NCBI RefSeq assembly: GCF_036321535.1
Contig: NC_087436.1
Span: 15,872,001-15,936,000 of the forward strand
Reading direction: 5' to 3'
Length of the DNA: 64,000 nucleotides
DNA from: Camelus dromedarius
Lineage: Eukaryota
Below the pieces are notes generated by a model. The model was not told the DNA's origin. It did not search any database and was given only the letters and a program-made list of their open reading frames with translations. Positions within the stretch are counted from its first letter, which is position 1. Every line of letters begins with the position of its first letter. A program made the position numbers and the translations under genes. Positions 11,656-22,785 of this stretch are shown here, piece by piece.

Positions 11656-13170
11656 CTTCTCTCAGTAGCACATTTCTTAATTGGACTGTTAAGTTTTTTG
11701 CTGTTGAGTTGTAAGTGTTCCTTATATATTTTGGAAATTAATCCCTTATTTGATAAATGTTTTGCAGATATTTTTTCCCATTCTGTAAGTTGCCTTTCTG
11801 TTTTGTTATTTATTACCTTTTCTTTGTGGGAGTATGTTAGTTGATGTAGTCCTGCTTGTTTATTTTTGCTTTGGTTGCTTGTGTGTTGGTGTCAATCCAA
11901 AATATCATTTCTGAGACCACAGTCCAGGAACTTTTCCCCTACATTTCCTTCTAGCAGTTTATGGTTTTAGATCTTAATTCTTAAATCCATTTTGAGTTGC
12001 TTTGTGTTTGGTGTAAGCTAAGGGTCTGATTTCAGCATATGGATATCCAGTTTTCCCAGCACTATTTGTTGGAGACTGTCCCTTACCCATTGTGTATTTT
12101 TGGTGTATTTGCTGAAGATAAATTGACGTATGTGCATAGATTTATTTGTGGGCTCTCTATTCTGTTCCATTGGCCTATATATCTTTTTTCTTAATGCTAG
12201 TACCATACAGTTTTGATTATTGTGGCTTTGCTATGTAGTGTAGGTCAGGAAGCATGATGCTTCCAGCTTAGTTCTTCTTTCTCAAGATTGCTTTGGCTAT
12301 TTGTGTGGTTCCATTTGAGTTTTAGGATTTTTTTTTCTATTTCTATGAAAAATGCCATTGATAGGAATTTTGATAGGAATTGCATTGAATCTGTAGCTTG
12401 CTTTGTATAGAATGAACTTTTAACAATATTAATTTTTCCAGTCCATGAATATGAGCTATCTTTCCATTTATTTGCATCTTTTTCACTTTCTGTCATCAAT
12501 GCCTTATAGTTTTCAGTGTACAGATCTTTCAGTGCGCAGATCTTTCACCTTTGGTTAAATTTATTCCCAAGTATTTTATTCTTTTTTTTTTTTTTTTTTT
12601 GCTATTGTACATGAGATTGTTTTCTTAATGTCTGTTTGAGGTACTTCATTGTTAGTGTATAGAAATGCAGTTGAATTTTTTAATGTTGATTTTGTATCCT
12701 ATAACTTTTTAATGAATTCATTTATTTTCACAGTTTCGTGGTGGAGTCTTCCAAATTTTCTGGAGGGTCATCTGCAAACAGATAATTTTATTTCTTCCTT
12801 TCTAATTTGGATACCTTTTATTTCTTTTTCTTGTCTAATTTCCGTGGGTAGGCCTCCAGTAATTGTGTTAAATCATGGTGGTGAGAGTGGACACCCTTGC
12901 CTTATTCCTGATATTAGAGGAAAAGCTTTCAGCTTTTTACCAATGAGTATGATCTTAGCTGTGAATTTGTCATATATAGCTTTTATTATGTTGAGGTACA
13001 TTCCTTCTATATCTAATTTATTGAGTTTTTAGGTGTAGAAGTTTGTTAGTTGCTTTTTCTGCATCTATTGAGATGAACACGTGATTTTTTTTCATTTTGT
13101 TCATGTGTTTATTGACTTGCATCCCAGGTATAAATAGGAGCTGATCATGATGTATAATCCTTTTAATGTG

Positions 13171-13310
13171 TTTTGTTTATTTTTAATTTTTTAAATTGAA
13201 GTACAGTCAGTTACAGTGTGTCAGTTTCTGGTGTATAGCATAATGGTGTACAGTGTAATGTCCCAGTCATGCATATACATACATGTATTCATTTTCATAC
13301 TTTTTTTTCA
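13171..13310 (-). mobile_element. Very short 5'-truncated L1 3' end (same 3'UTR type as 2555-3100)
   Basis: gaagtacagtcagttacagtgtgtca...tcccagtcatgcatatacatac is shared with ~2577-2660; degenerate TSD ccttttaatgt / ccttgtaatgt. Confidence 0.85.
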
Positions 13311-13629
13311 CCTTGTAATGTACTTTGAATTCAGTTTACTAGTCTTTTTGTATCCATGTTCATTAGGAATATTGGCCTGTAATTTTCTTTTTTTGTAGTG
13401 TCCTTCTCTGGCTTAGGTATCAGGGTAATAGTGGCCTTGTAAAATTAGTTTGAGAGTGCTCACTTCCCCTCAGTTTTGGGGAAGAGTCTGAGAAATGTTC
13501 GTATTAATTCTTTAAATGTTTGGCAGAATATATCAGTGAAGCCATCTGGTCCTGGATTTTTGTCTTTTGGGAGATTTTTGATTACTGATTCATCTCTTTA
13601 CTTGTTATGGGTCTGTTAAAACTAACTTA

Positions 13630-13674
13630 CTTTTCTTTCTTTCTCTCTTTCTCTTCTTTCTCTTTCTCTGTCTT

Positions 13675-13706
<32 letters not shown>

Positions 13707-13757
13707 CCTCTCTCTTTCTTTCTCTTTCTTTTTTCCTCCCTCCCTCTCCCTCCCTCC
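13630..13757. repeat. CT-rich low-complexity / (CT)n tract
   Basis: Nearly pure pyrimidine run. Confidence 0.9.
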
Positions 13758-13886
13758 TGCTAGAACCAGGCCCAGAGTTTCTCTACCCACAGGTCTCCCA
13801 GTATGGGTCTAAGGCCCAAAGTCATGTCACTGGGGAAAACATATCTAAGACTTGTTTCCTGAGCCTCTTAGTTTCTGCTGAGTAGC

Positions 13887-14004
13887 ACTGCCAGATTTTA
13901 CCTATAAAATGAGCAACATTTGAGGGGCACTTAAACTAAAGAAGTATTTGTTGTTTATCTGAAATTCAAACATAACTGGGCATCCTAAATTTTATCTGGC
14001 AACC
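13887..14004. mobile_element. MER53-like hAT MITE remnant
   Basis: Terminal inverted repeats tgccagat...atctggca and the internal motif ttgtttatctgaaattcaaa..taactgggcatcct. Confidence 0.65.
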
Positions 14005-15799
14005 AACTCTACTTGAGAAGAATCCTCCAGACTTCAGCTCCTGGCTGCTAGCATTCCTTGGAAGTGGAGTTGGGATGACGCTTAATCATTTTGCTGCTCA
14101 ACAAATAAACATTCCTGCAAACTCTGTTTTCAGAACATGATCTGCAGCCTTCGTTAGGCTGGCATCTCTGAGTCCGGGTTCCTCTAGTTCCAACCATCAG
14201 AGGAAACCTTGTGTCTTTTCTTGGGATGAGAAAGGGCAGATGCTCAGATGTGCAAAGTGTTGGAGAAGATCTTGGGTCTAATTGTTTCTTGTAAAATCTG
14301 TCCACCAGTCCTCCTATTTTCCTTCTCATTCCAGGGAATCCTTGATGGTTCATTCTTAGTAGGTTGTGTGTTTCTAAGAATTTATCTGTTTCTTCTAGAT
14401 TTTCTAATTTGTAGGCATATAGTAGTTCATAGTAGTTCTCATGAGCCTTTGTCTTTCTGGGGTATCAGTTCTGAGGTATCTCTCCTCTTTCATTTCTGAT
14501 TTTAATTTATTTGAGTATTTAATCTTTTTTTCTTTCTCAGGCTAAAGGTTTGTCAACTTTATCTTTTCAGAATACCAGCTCTTAGTTTCATTGATTCTTT
14601 CTGGTGTCTTTCTAGTGTCTGTTTCATTTCTTTCTGCTCTGAGCTTTATTTTCTTTCTTCTACTAACTTTGGTCTTAGTTTGTTCTTTTTCTAGTTCTTT
14701 AAGATGTAAAGTTAGGTTTTTTTATTTGAGATCTTTTTATTTTCTTAATGTAGATGTTTATTGCCATAAACTTCCCTTTAAGAACTGCTTTTGCTGCATC
14801 CCATAAGTTTTGGTATGTTGTGCTTCCATTTTTGTTTGTCTCAGGATAACTTTTTGATTTCCCTTTGACTTCTTCTTTGACCCATTGGTTGTTCAGGAGT
14901 GTTTTACTTAACCTCCACATATTTTTGAATTTTCCAGGTTTCCACCCATCACTGATATGTAGTTTTATACCCTTGTGGTTGGAAAAGATACTGGGTGTGA
15001 TTTCAGATATCTTTAACTTGTTAAGACTTGTTTTGTGTTTTAACACATGACCTGTCCTGGAGAATGTTCCATGTGCTCTTGAGAAGAATGCTTATACTGC
15101 TGCCGTTGGAAGAAATGTTCTGTATCTCTCTTAGGTATTTTTTGTTTAAAACATAATTCAGGTCCAGTGTTTCCTTATTGATTTTCTGTTCATACTTTGT
15201 TTTATTTGGAACTTTACCAAGAATTAAAAATTATGTCTGGTTGGAATACAACAGAGTATGAGTGTTCAGTGCAGTTCTTAGTGTGCTTTGCTATTGTCAC
15301 ATACATTCATATAAAAGTGTTTACATAGGTGGTCATTAACAGGCATTTGCATATTTAAAATATATTTTAAATTATTTTGTTTCCCCTTTATTTTGGTTAG
15401 GGCACTTTTTTTTTTTTTCTTTAGCTCTTCTGTTGTGTTTCTTGGTCAGTCTTATCTGTTGCATTTTATCGAATCTAATATGCTAACAGCTGAAACATTT
15501 GCCATTTTTTAATTCAACATTAAGGAAAAAACCTGCCAATTATAATTTATGATGCCATTGATTGTAAGACACATTCTAAGTTTTTAGGGTGTTTTTAATA
15601 GAAATGATAAAATTCAGCATATGAAATTTATTTCAGGTAGTATAGTGGTGTTACAAAATTTTTTTTTTTTTTAATGAAGGCATTGGGTCTAATTTGGTTA
15701 GACTGTCAGTAGGGAAATGTGGATGAAAATGAAATACTTTGTTTTTAAAGTGGCTGCATTATATACAGTTGTATGGTTGTGCCTCAGTTCAGCTAGTTC

Positions 15800-16375
15800 T
15801 CTCTTTTTGAAATTAGTCTGGATTTTTTTTTCTGGTTGCAGAGATAGAAACTTATATCAAACTAGCTTAAGTATAAGTTGAGATTGATTGATCTGTAGGA
15901 CCAGGATAGATCATTGAGTGAACCTGGGAGAACCAGGAAAGCTCTGGGAACAAGGTGTTGAAACTAGAAAGTTGATGCCACCCGGACATTCTTTTTCCAT
16001 TCATGGTGCAGATGGGTTTCTCTGTACACATGGCAGGGAAGATGTCTGCTTTAGAAGCTGCCAATTTACGTATCTTTTCAGCTTTTGACCCCAAAGGCCA
16101 AAAGCTCTTCTTCAACTCCCAATTAAAAAAAAATTCTGAAAAAAGAAAAAGTTCTGGTAATGATTTTAATTAGCCTGATTTAGGCCATGTTTTCACTTCC
16201 AGATTAATCATTGTGACCAGGAGATTGGGGAACTATATGTGCCAGGCCTGAGTTAAGTGTTCTCTTTATGGCCTGGGTGTGAGGCAGTGTGACTTCATTG
16301 CCTGGAGAATGCTGCAAATTGAATGGGGGTTTAAAGGAAGAGTGAATGCAATACAGAAGAAACAACAGATGTCTA
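15800..16375. mobile_element. Old MLT1-type LTR remnant, approximate bounds
   Basis: tctggttgca...agaaac...aactagcttaag start; gatttaggccatg...aatcattgtgaccagg motifs. Confidence 0.5.
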
Positions 16376-17444
16376 TTACGGTGGACATTCAGTTTATTAC
16401 TCTGTTAATACAGTTCTTTCTTTCACATCTGATAAATACTTAGGAATATTGGTGTGAAACTATTATAAGGTTCTAAAAGTCCATCTATTGTGGAGAAAAA
16501 TTAGTAATATAGAGCTTTCTTTCATATATGCTAAATTTTCCTATTCCTTTAAATAGGACTTATAGAGTCTGCAAATAATAAACTATGAAATTTAACAGTG
16601 TATTTTAAAATAGTTTGGAAGCACTGAGACGATAATAGAGCTAAGCTTGCTAAAGTGCATGTGATGCTGTAGTTTTAAATAGTTATAAACATAAAATCAA
16701 ACTCAAATACTGGAATAATTGATTTGATTATGGACTGCATGACATTTTGCTATCATCTATTTATTTACTATGATGTTTTGATTTCGAGAAATACAAGTTC
16801 AGTGGACTTCTGACTGGTTGTCACATGGTGACAGATTTCTGATTTTGAAAATATGTCACTGCTGTAAATCACCAGTTTGCTAGATTGAACTAGCAAGCTA
16901 TTAAGGAACATGGCAGTATTTACTGTAGATAAATGCAAATTTAAAAAGGTTCTGTGTATGAAGGTTTAAATGATTTATTAGCTTTCAGTGCACATATGAA
17001 TCTGAAGTTATGTCATGGGTTTCGAAAATTTCATTTCCTGTTTGAAGGTTTGAATTTGCATATTCTATAATGTGACTGTTTGATCTGCGTCGATAGAATA
17101 TACAGTTAAACTATGTGATATCAATATATGTTTAATCATTTTCTGTCTGTTGTATGGCAAATCTTTTTTAGGTGTAGAGTCAGTTATTAAATGTTATACC
17201 AACATTTTTGGAGGGGGTTGGGTTGGGGTAGTAGGGAGAATTAAAGAAACTGGCACTGTGTGTCTTTAGGTGGCTTCAGAATTTGTACTCATAAGGGTTT
17301 CCTGAATGCCCTTTAATTTGACTCTCATTTCCTGTCAATGAGATATTCTTTTAGGTTAATATAGTTTTCATTTCAATGGGAAATAATCAGTGGAACAGTT
17401 AATCCTATGACAAAGTTACACCTCATATACAGTTGCTTATTTTT

Positions 17445-17948
17445 TTAAATTAGAGTTTATTTCAAGATAATTGTAGATTCCCTTTCAGTTGTAAGAAATA
17501 ATACAGAGAAATTCCTTATGCCCTTTACTCAGTTGCCCCTAGTCGGAAAATCTTACAAAACTCTAGTACAATATTGACATTGACATAATCAAGATACAGA
17601 AAATTTCCATCACGCTTAAGAATCCCTCCTGTTGCTCTTTTATATTCACGTTTACTTTTCTCCTTGGTGCACCCCTCTTTAACCCCTGGTGGCCACCAAT
17701 CTGTTCTCCAGTTCTATACTGTTGTCATTTCAAGAATTTTGTATAAATGGAATCCTGTACTATATGACCTTTTGTTTTGTTTCAGTCAGCACAGTTCTCT
17801 GGAGATTCAGCCAGATTGTTGTGTGTACATCTATAGTTTATTTTTTATTATTGAGGAGTATTCCCTTGTATGAATATGCCAGTTTGTTGAACCATTTATC
17901 TGTTGAAGGACATCTAAGTTGTTTCCAGTTTTTGGCTGTGATGAATGA
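17445..17948 (-). mobile_element. Old L1 (L1MB/MC-like) 3' end
   Basis: Minus ORF includes ITAKNWKQLRCPSTDKW; typical 3'UTR motifs. Confidence 0.7.
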
Positions 17949-19009
17949 AATTCTATCAGATAATTGGGGAGTGAATGCATATTTCTTACTGTAAGAATAA
18001 ATGCAACAATGATTAGTTATTATGAAAGCTACTAATTTTACATACAAAATAATTGAGAACTCCCAATAGCTAAAATAATAGAAAAATGGGCTGTCAGTAA
18101 TATGATTTTTAAAAGTGTTAGCTAGATACATTACTGGAGGAAGAACATTATATTCTTTTTTAAAAAATAAAACCCAAAATGTTTACAAATGGACAAAAGC
18201 CCATGATAACTGAATTCAAATAAATGATTGGTTATTGCCCTTCACCCCAACTCTGCCACCAAAATTCTCAAGGGACTGGAAAAACTGCATCTAGCAGAGA
18301 AGGACATTTCTCATAAGAAAGTGCCTCCTAATCATGTAGAACTTTCTCAGTTCAGCTGTGTATGGTTCTAAATTTCACTGTTACTTCACTTCTGTGCTTC
18401 CTAGGACAACGTAGACTAAAAAATAATATAATTAATCTTGAAATAGCGCAGTCCTCAATTTTACACAAGTGAATTTTTTAGACTGTACATGTCTTATCAA
18501 GGTACAGTAAAACTTACAACACCAGACAGAAAAGATAACATCTCATTTCTCAGTGCTTTATCATAACTCTCTCATACCATCATCCCTTTACTATTATTAA
18601 TTTAATGGACATGCTACCTCCTCTATCATCACCATCACATGACACTCTACACCTCTTTCCTGGTACCTTAGATATACTTCATTTCAAGGGGTACGGATGC
18701 CGTACCATCTTCACCTTTCGGAAGAGTGTTGTGAAGTGTCTATATTATACTCTCATCACTTTTTGTGCATTATTCTCCATTTTGGCACCCCCTCTTCTGT
18801 CTCCAGATGGAAGTAATCTTATATTTTCCACTAGATGTTCAGTCATTTTCCTCCAAGAGCAAAATCCCACCCAGATCTGTACTCTATTAAGGTTCCCAAA
18901 GCTCCAATATTTCCTGTACATATATTATTGTCTTCCACTCAGAATCATGATCTTTCCCATGGAGTTCTCCATTCTGAGGGGAAAAAAAGCATTATATTAT
19001 AAAAGTAAC

Positions 19010-19450
19010 TCTTTCTCCCTTAATAATTGATAGAACTACGAGACAGAAAATCAGCAAGGATTAGAACTCGGTAACACCATCAACTAATAGGAACTAATTG
19101 AATTTTATAGAGGACTGTACCCTAAAACAGCAGAATACATATTGTTTTCAAGTGCTCATATAACATACACCAAAATGGACTGTGTCTCCTGGGAGATAAT
19201 ACAAACCTCAACAAATTGAAAGGAATTGAAATGATACAGAGTGGATTCTCTGACTGGAATGAAATCAAACTAGAAATCAGTAACAGAAACATAAGGATAC
19301 TAGAAGAATCTTCATACACTTGAAAACTAAAAATTAAACTTTTAAATCAGTGGATCAAAGAGGAAGTCTCAAAGGAACTTAAAAAATACCATGAACTGAA
19401 TCAAAATAAAAATATAACATCAAAATTTGTGGGCCATAGCTAAAGGGAAG
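19010..19450 (+). mobile_element. L1 ORF2 fragment (endonuclease-adjacent region)
   Basis: cagaaaatcagcaagga...aacagcagaatacatattgttttcaagtgctcat...gaaatcaaactagaaatcagtaac. Confidence 0.8.
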
Positions 19451-20885
19451 CCATAAAAGCCTTAATGACCTAGTCTTGGAAATCACACATTACTTGTGCT
19501 GAACTCTGTTGGCACACAGAGCAGCTCTAATTTAATGTGGGGGATTATCCATCTTACTTGGCTTTTGGACTGAATTGTTCACAGAGGGATGGGGGTTCAC
19601 TGTGATAGATTTTGATAGTATTTTATTTTCCCTTAAAGTAATCCTAATTTAAGATTTCTTTCTTTGTCTAATTATTATATTCTATAAATCATAAAAAGAA
19701 ACCTATGAAAAATAAATGGGTTGTTTAAACCATTTACCTGAAAATTTTGAAAGGCCTTCTAAATGTTTGCCTAGAAGATAGTTAATTCTGTGATATTCAT
19801 AGCAATGAGCTTCAAGAGCACAAATATATTATCCAGTGTTCCTAAAAAAAGCTTTTGAAAAATGCTATTACTGTGAAAAGCTCTTGCCAAAAAAAAAAAA
19901 AGAAAGAAAAGCAAAGAAAGAGAAAAAGGAATTCTGTTTTATTGTCAAATACATTTTGGGAAGTCCATGCATTGGTTATAAATCTTTTTGACAAGTATAA
20001 TACTCAATAGCATATTAAAGCTCTGAGAATTTTATCATGTAAACATCTTTAGCCTTGTTTAATCCAGTGTTTCTCAGTCATATTTAGTTATGGAAACTTT
20101 CTGCTTAGTACTGGTTTTGTAGACATGCCATAGTTCAGTGAAAATGTCTAATTCTTATGAAAGATACAACAAACAATGAGAGAGGAGAGGTTATTTGCTA
20201 CTTTCTAGTACACTTGGGGATTTTAAAAACTAGAAAGATGATAATTTATTATCAGTAAGATATGCATTTTGACTAATTTCTTATAGATAGTGAAGTTGAC
20301 AAATTTATCAAATTCTTACTTTAGCTCACTATATAAAACTATAGAAAACCCAACTTGAATGTTAGATTATTAATGAAGATGTAAGGAAAGCATAAGTTTA
20401 CTGGTCAAATAGTGTGACGAGAGGTTTTGGTTGTCAATTAATATGCAATCTTTTGTTCCTCTGTAAAATAGATGCGCAATAATTGATCTGTATGATCTAC
20501 TTGGTTCTTGTAAAGATCAGTTGAAATAGTAGAAATGGAAATTTTATATCAGTATAAGTGTGTTGGTCCTATAACTGAAACTGCTGTTGCATCTGGGCAT
20601 TCCAACAAATAGTGAAAGACCCAGGAGACAGTAAGTGGGAGGAGGACACAAACCTCAAAGGGAGTAATTTTCAGTTCAAAATATTAAATGACTGACAGGA
20701 AATTATAATTGTTCCCCATGGAGTTTACTTTAATTCTCTTAATATGCATATTTGGAATTTTATGATTATAGAAAATCTTTATAATCTTTGTTAATAATTA
20801 ATGTGAAGCCTCCAAGCCCAAACCAGTCTCATTGTGAGACTATGGTGTAATTCCATTCTTTTTAGTCTTCCCAGGGTATTTGTGA

Positions 20886-21011
20886 TTGTAGCATACATTA
20901 CAAAATGCTAAGGATTAAAATTTTCTGTTCGCTGCTGCTAATTTCCTTGTAGTATACTTTACAAAATGCTAAGGATTAAAATTTTCTGTTTGTCTCTGCT
21001 AATTTCCTTGT
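20886..21011. repeat. 61-bp tandem duplication (2 copies)
   Basis: Units start ttgtag at 20886 and 20947 and differ by a few substitutions. Confidence 0.92.
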
Positions 21012-21119
21012 GTTCCATGTCTTCTGCCTCTGAATTCTACATTGTTACCTTTAGTCAGTGGATTTTACTTTCCCTTGCCTTTGATATAAATAAATTGAGC
21101 TTGCTTTTTAAAAACTTTA

Positions 21120-21620
21120 CTTTAAACCTTAGGTTTACTAAGATATACAGTAAAATTCACTTTTTAGGTGTACAGTTTTATGAAATTTGACAGATGGATA
21201 CACTTGTATATTTGATACTATAATTAAGATGTTGAAACTTTTATCACCTTCAAAAGTCCCTTCATGTTTTATTTGTGGTTAATTCTGTCCCTCCATCCTC
21301 AGCCCCTCAACCATTGCTCTAACTTCTTTCCATATGATTTTACCTTTTCCTGAATGTCATATAGATGGAATCATATAATATGCAGCTTTTGTGTCTGGCT
21401 TCTTTGACTTAGCATAATGTTTTTGAGATTGATTGATATTGTTAATGGTATCAGTAATTTGCTCCTTATTATGCTAATTAGTGTTCTGTGGTATGGTTGT
21501 ACAACTTGCTTGTCCATTTACTAGCTGATGACATTTGAATTGTTTCCAATTTTTGGTGATTATGAACAAAGGTGCTGTAAACATTCACGTACAGATCTTT
21601 ATGTGGGCAAATGCTTTCAT
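21120..21620 (-). mobile_element. Old L1 (L1MC/MD-like) 3' end
   Basis: aatgtcatatagatggaatcat...gtctggcttctttgacttagcataatg motifs. Confidence 0.7.
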
Positions 21621-21786
21621 GAAATGGGTTGAGCAGGAATCTTAATACTTCATTATTATAGTGTTGAGAGTTTAGTGCCTACCTTGTCTTCTGGAGAGAG
21701 ATTAAGATACTAGAAGTAGGAGTTCAGGTTTCCTGGTTATTGCACTGGGATATAGTAAGAACTCAAATCTATTTCCTTAATTTTTA

Positions 21787-21977
21787 TTTATTTTTATTTT
21801 TGAAACATTTTTTATTGATTTATAATCATTTTACTATATTGTGTCAAATTCCAGTGTAGAGCACAATTTTTCAGTCATACGTGAACGTATATATATATTC
21901 ATTGTCACAGTTTTTTCTCCGTGAGCTACCATAAGATCTTGTATATATTTCCCTGTGCTATATAGTATAATCTTGTT
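21787..21977 (-). mobile_element. 5'-truncated L1 3' end with the same 3'UTR type as the 8819-11663 element
   Basis: Aligns by eye with ~8824-8996 (gtgtcaaatt..agtgtagagcacaa...gtgagctacc..aagatcttgtat); TSD cttaattttta at 21776-21786 and 21978-21988. Confidence 0.88.
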
Positions 21978-22264
21978 CTTAATTTTTAAATTATGAAAAT
22001 AATGAGTAATACTTAAACTTAGTGGTATATATCCTATGGATCCATTACATGTCAAGTACAGTGCTAAGATTAAAAAGGATAAAAAACAATTTTTTGAACT
22101 GGTTCCTATTTTCAGTGATCATTATTTCTGCTATTTGAGTAGAAAAGATTGATAGGAAATAATTGAATAAGTGATTAAAATTTAATATGAACAGATATGA
22201 TTAAAATATTAGATTAAATCATATGAAATTGCTGTCTTATAGTCAGAAACATTTGTATATTGGT

Positions 22265-22785
22265 AACATAATACATATACATACATATATTCATTTTCAT
22301 ATTTTTCATCAAAGGTTATTACAAGATATTGAACATAGCTCCTTGTGCCATACAGAAGAAACTTTTAAAAAAATCTATTTATATATATATATAAATTTAT
22401 ATGTAAATTTCAAACTCCCAAATTTATCCCTTCTCACCCCTTTACTCAGTAACCGTAAGATTGCTTACTATGTCTGGGAGTCTGTTTCTGTTTTGTAGAT
22501 GCATTCAATACTGTCCTTTTTCTCTTCTTTTTTTTAGATTCCACATGAGTGATAGCATATGGTATTTTTCTTTCTCTTCCTGGCTTACTTAACTTAGAAT
22601 GATGATCTCTAAGTCCATCCATGTTGCTGCAAATGGCATTGTTTTATTCTTTTTTATGGCTGAATAGTATTCTATTGTATAAATATACAATTTCTTTATC
22701 CAGTCGTCTGCTGATGGACAGTTAGTTTGCTTTTGTGTCTTGGCTATTGTGTATAGTGCTGCTGTGAACATTGGTGTGCATATAC
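22265..22785 (-). mobile_element. Lineage-specific L1 3' fragment
   Basis: ORF 22589..22771 MFTAALYTIAKT...FAATWMDLEIIILS; 3'UTR similar to 2640-2950. Confidence 0.88.

Larger units (their letters stand above)
8819..11663 (-). mobile_element. Young L1 derivative with 5'UTR + ORF1 + ORF2 C-terminal stub + 3'UTR (HAL1-like, ORF2-deleted)
   Basis: Exact 12-bp TSD agtagcacattt (8807-8818, 11664-11675); GC-rich 5'UTR; ORF1 homology; direct jump to the ORF2 end at 9480/9481; AATAAA and A-tail. Confidence 0.9.
7985..15190 (-). mobile_element. Old L1 (L1MA/MB-like; 3'UTR through ORF2 toward the EN region), interrupted by three insertions
   Basis: Decayed ORF2-like ORFs at 8542..8724, 12018..12499 and 14699..15046 (TTYQNLWDAAKAVLKGKFMA). 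Sequence is colinear across the insertions at 8819-11663, ~13171-13310 and ~13620-14340. Confidence 0.85.

Noticed and set aside
10488..11671. Cluster of overlapping ORFs and a CpG-island-like stretch suggesting a nested gene
   Set aside because: Lies wholly within the L1 5'UTR, where high GC content explains the ORF density.
13605..13885. R/E/K-rich and S/L/F-rich ORFs
   Set aside because: Translation artefacts of the CT tract.
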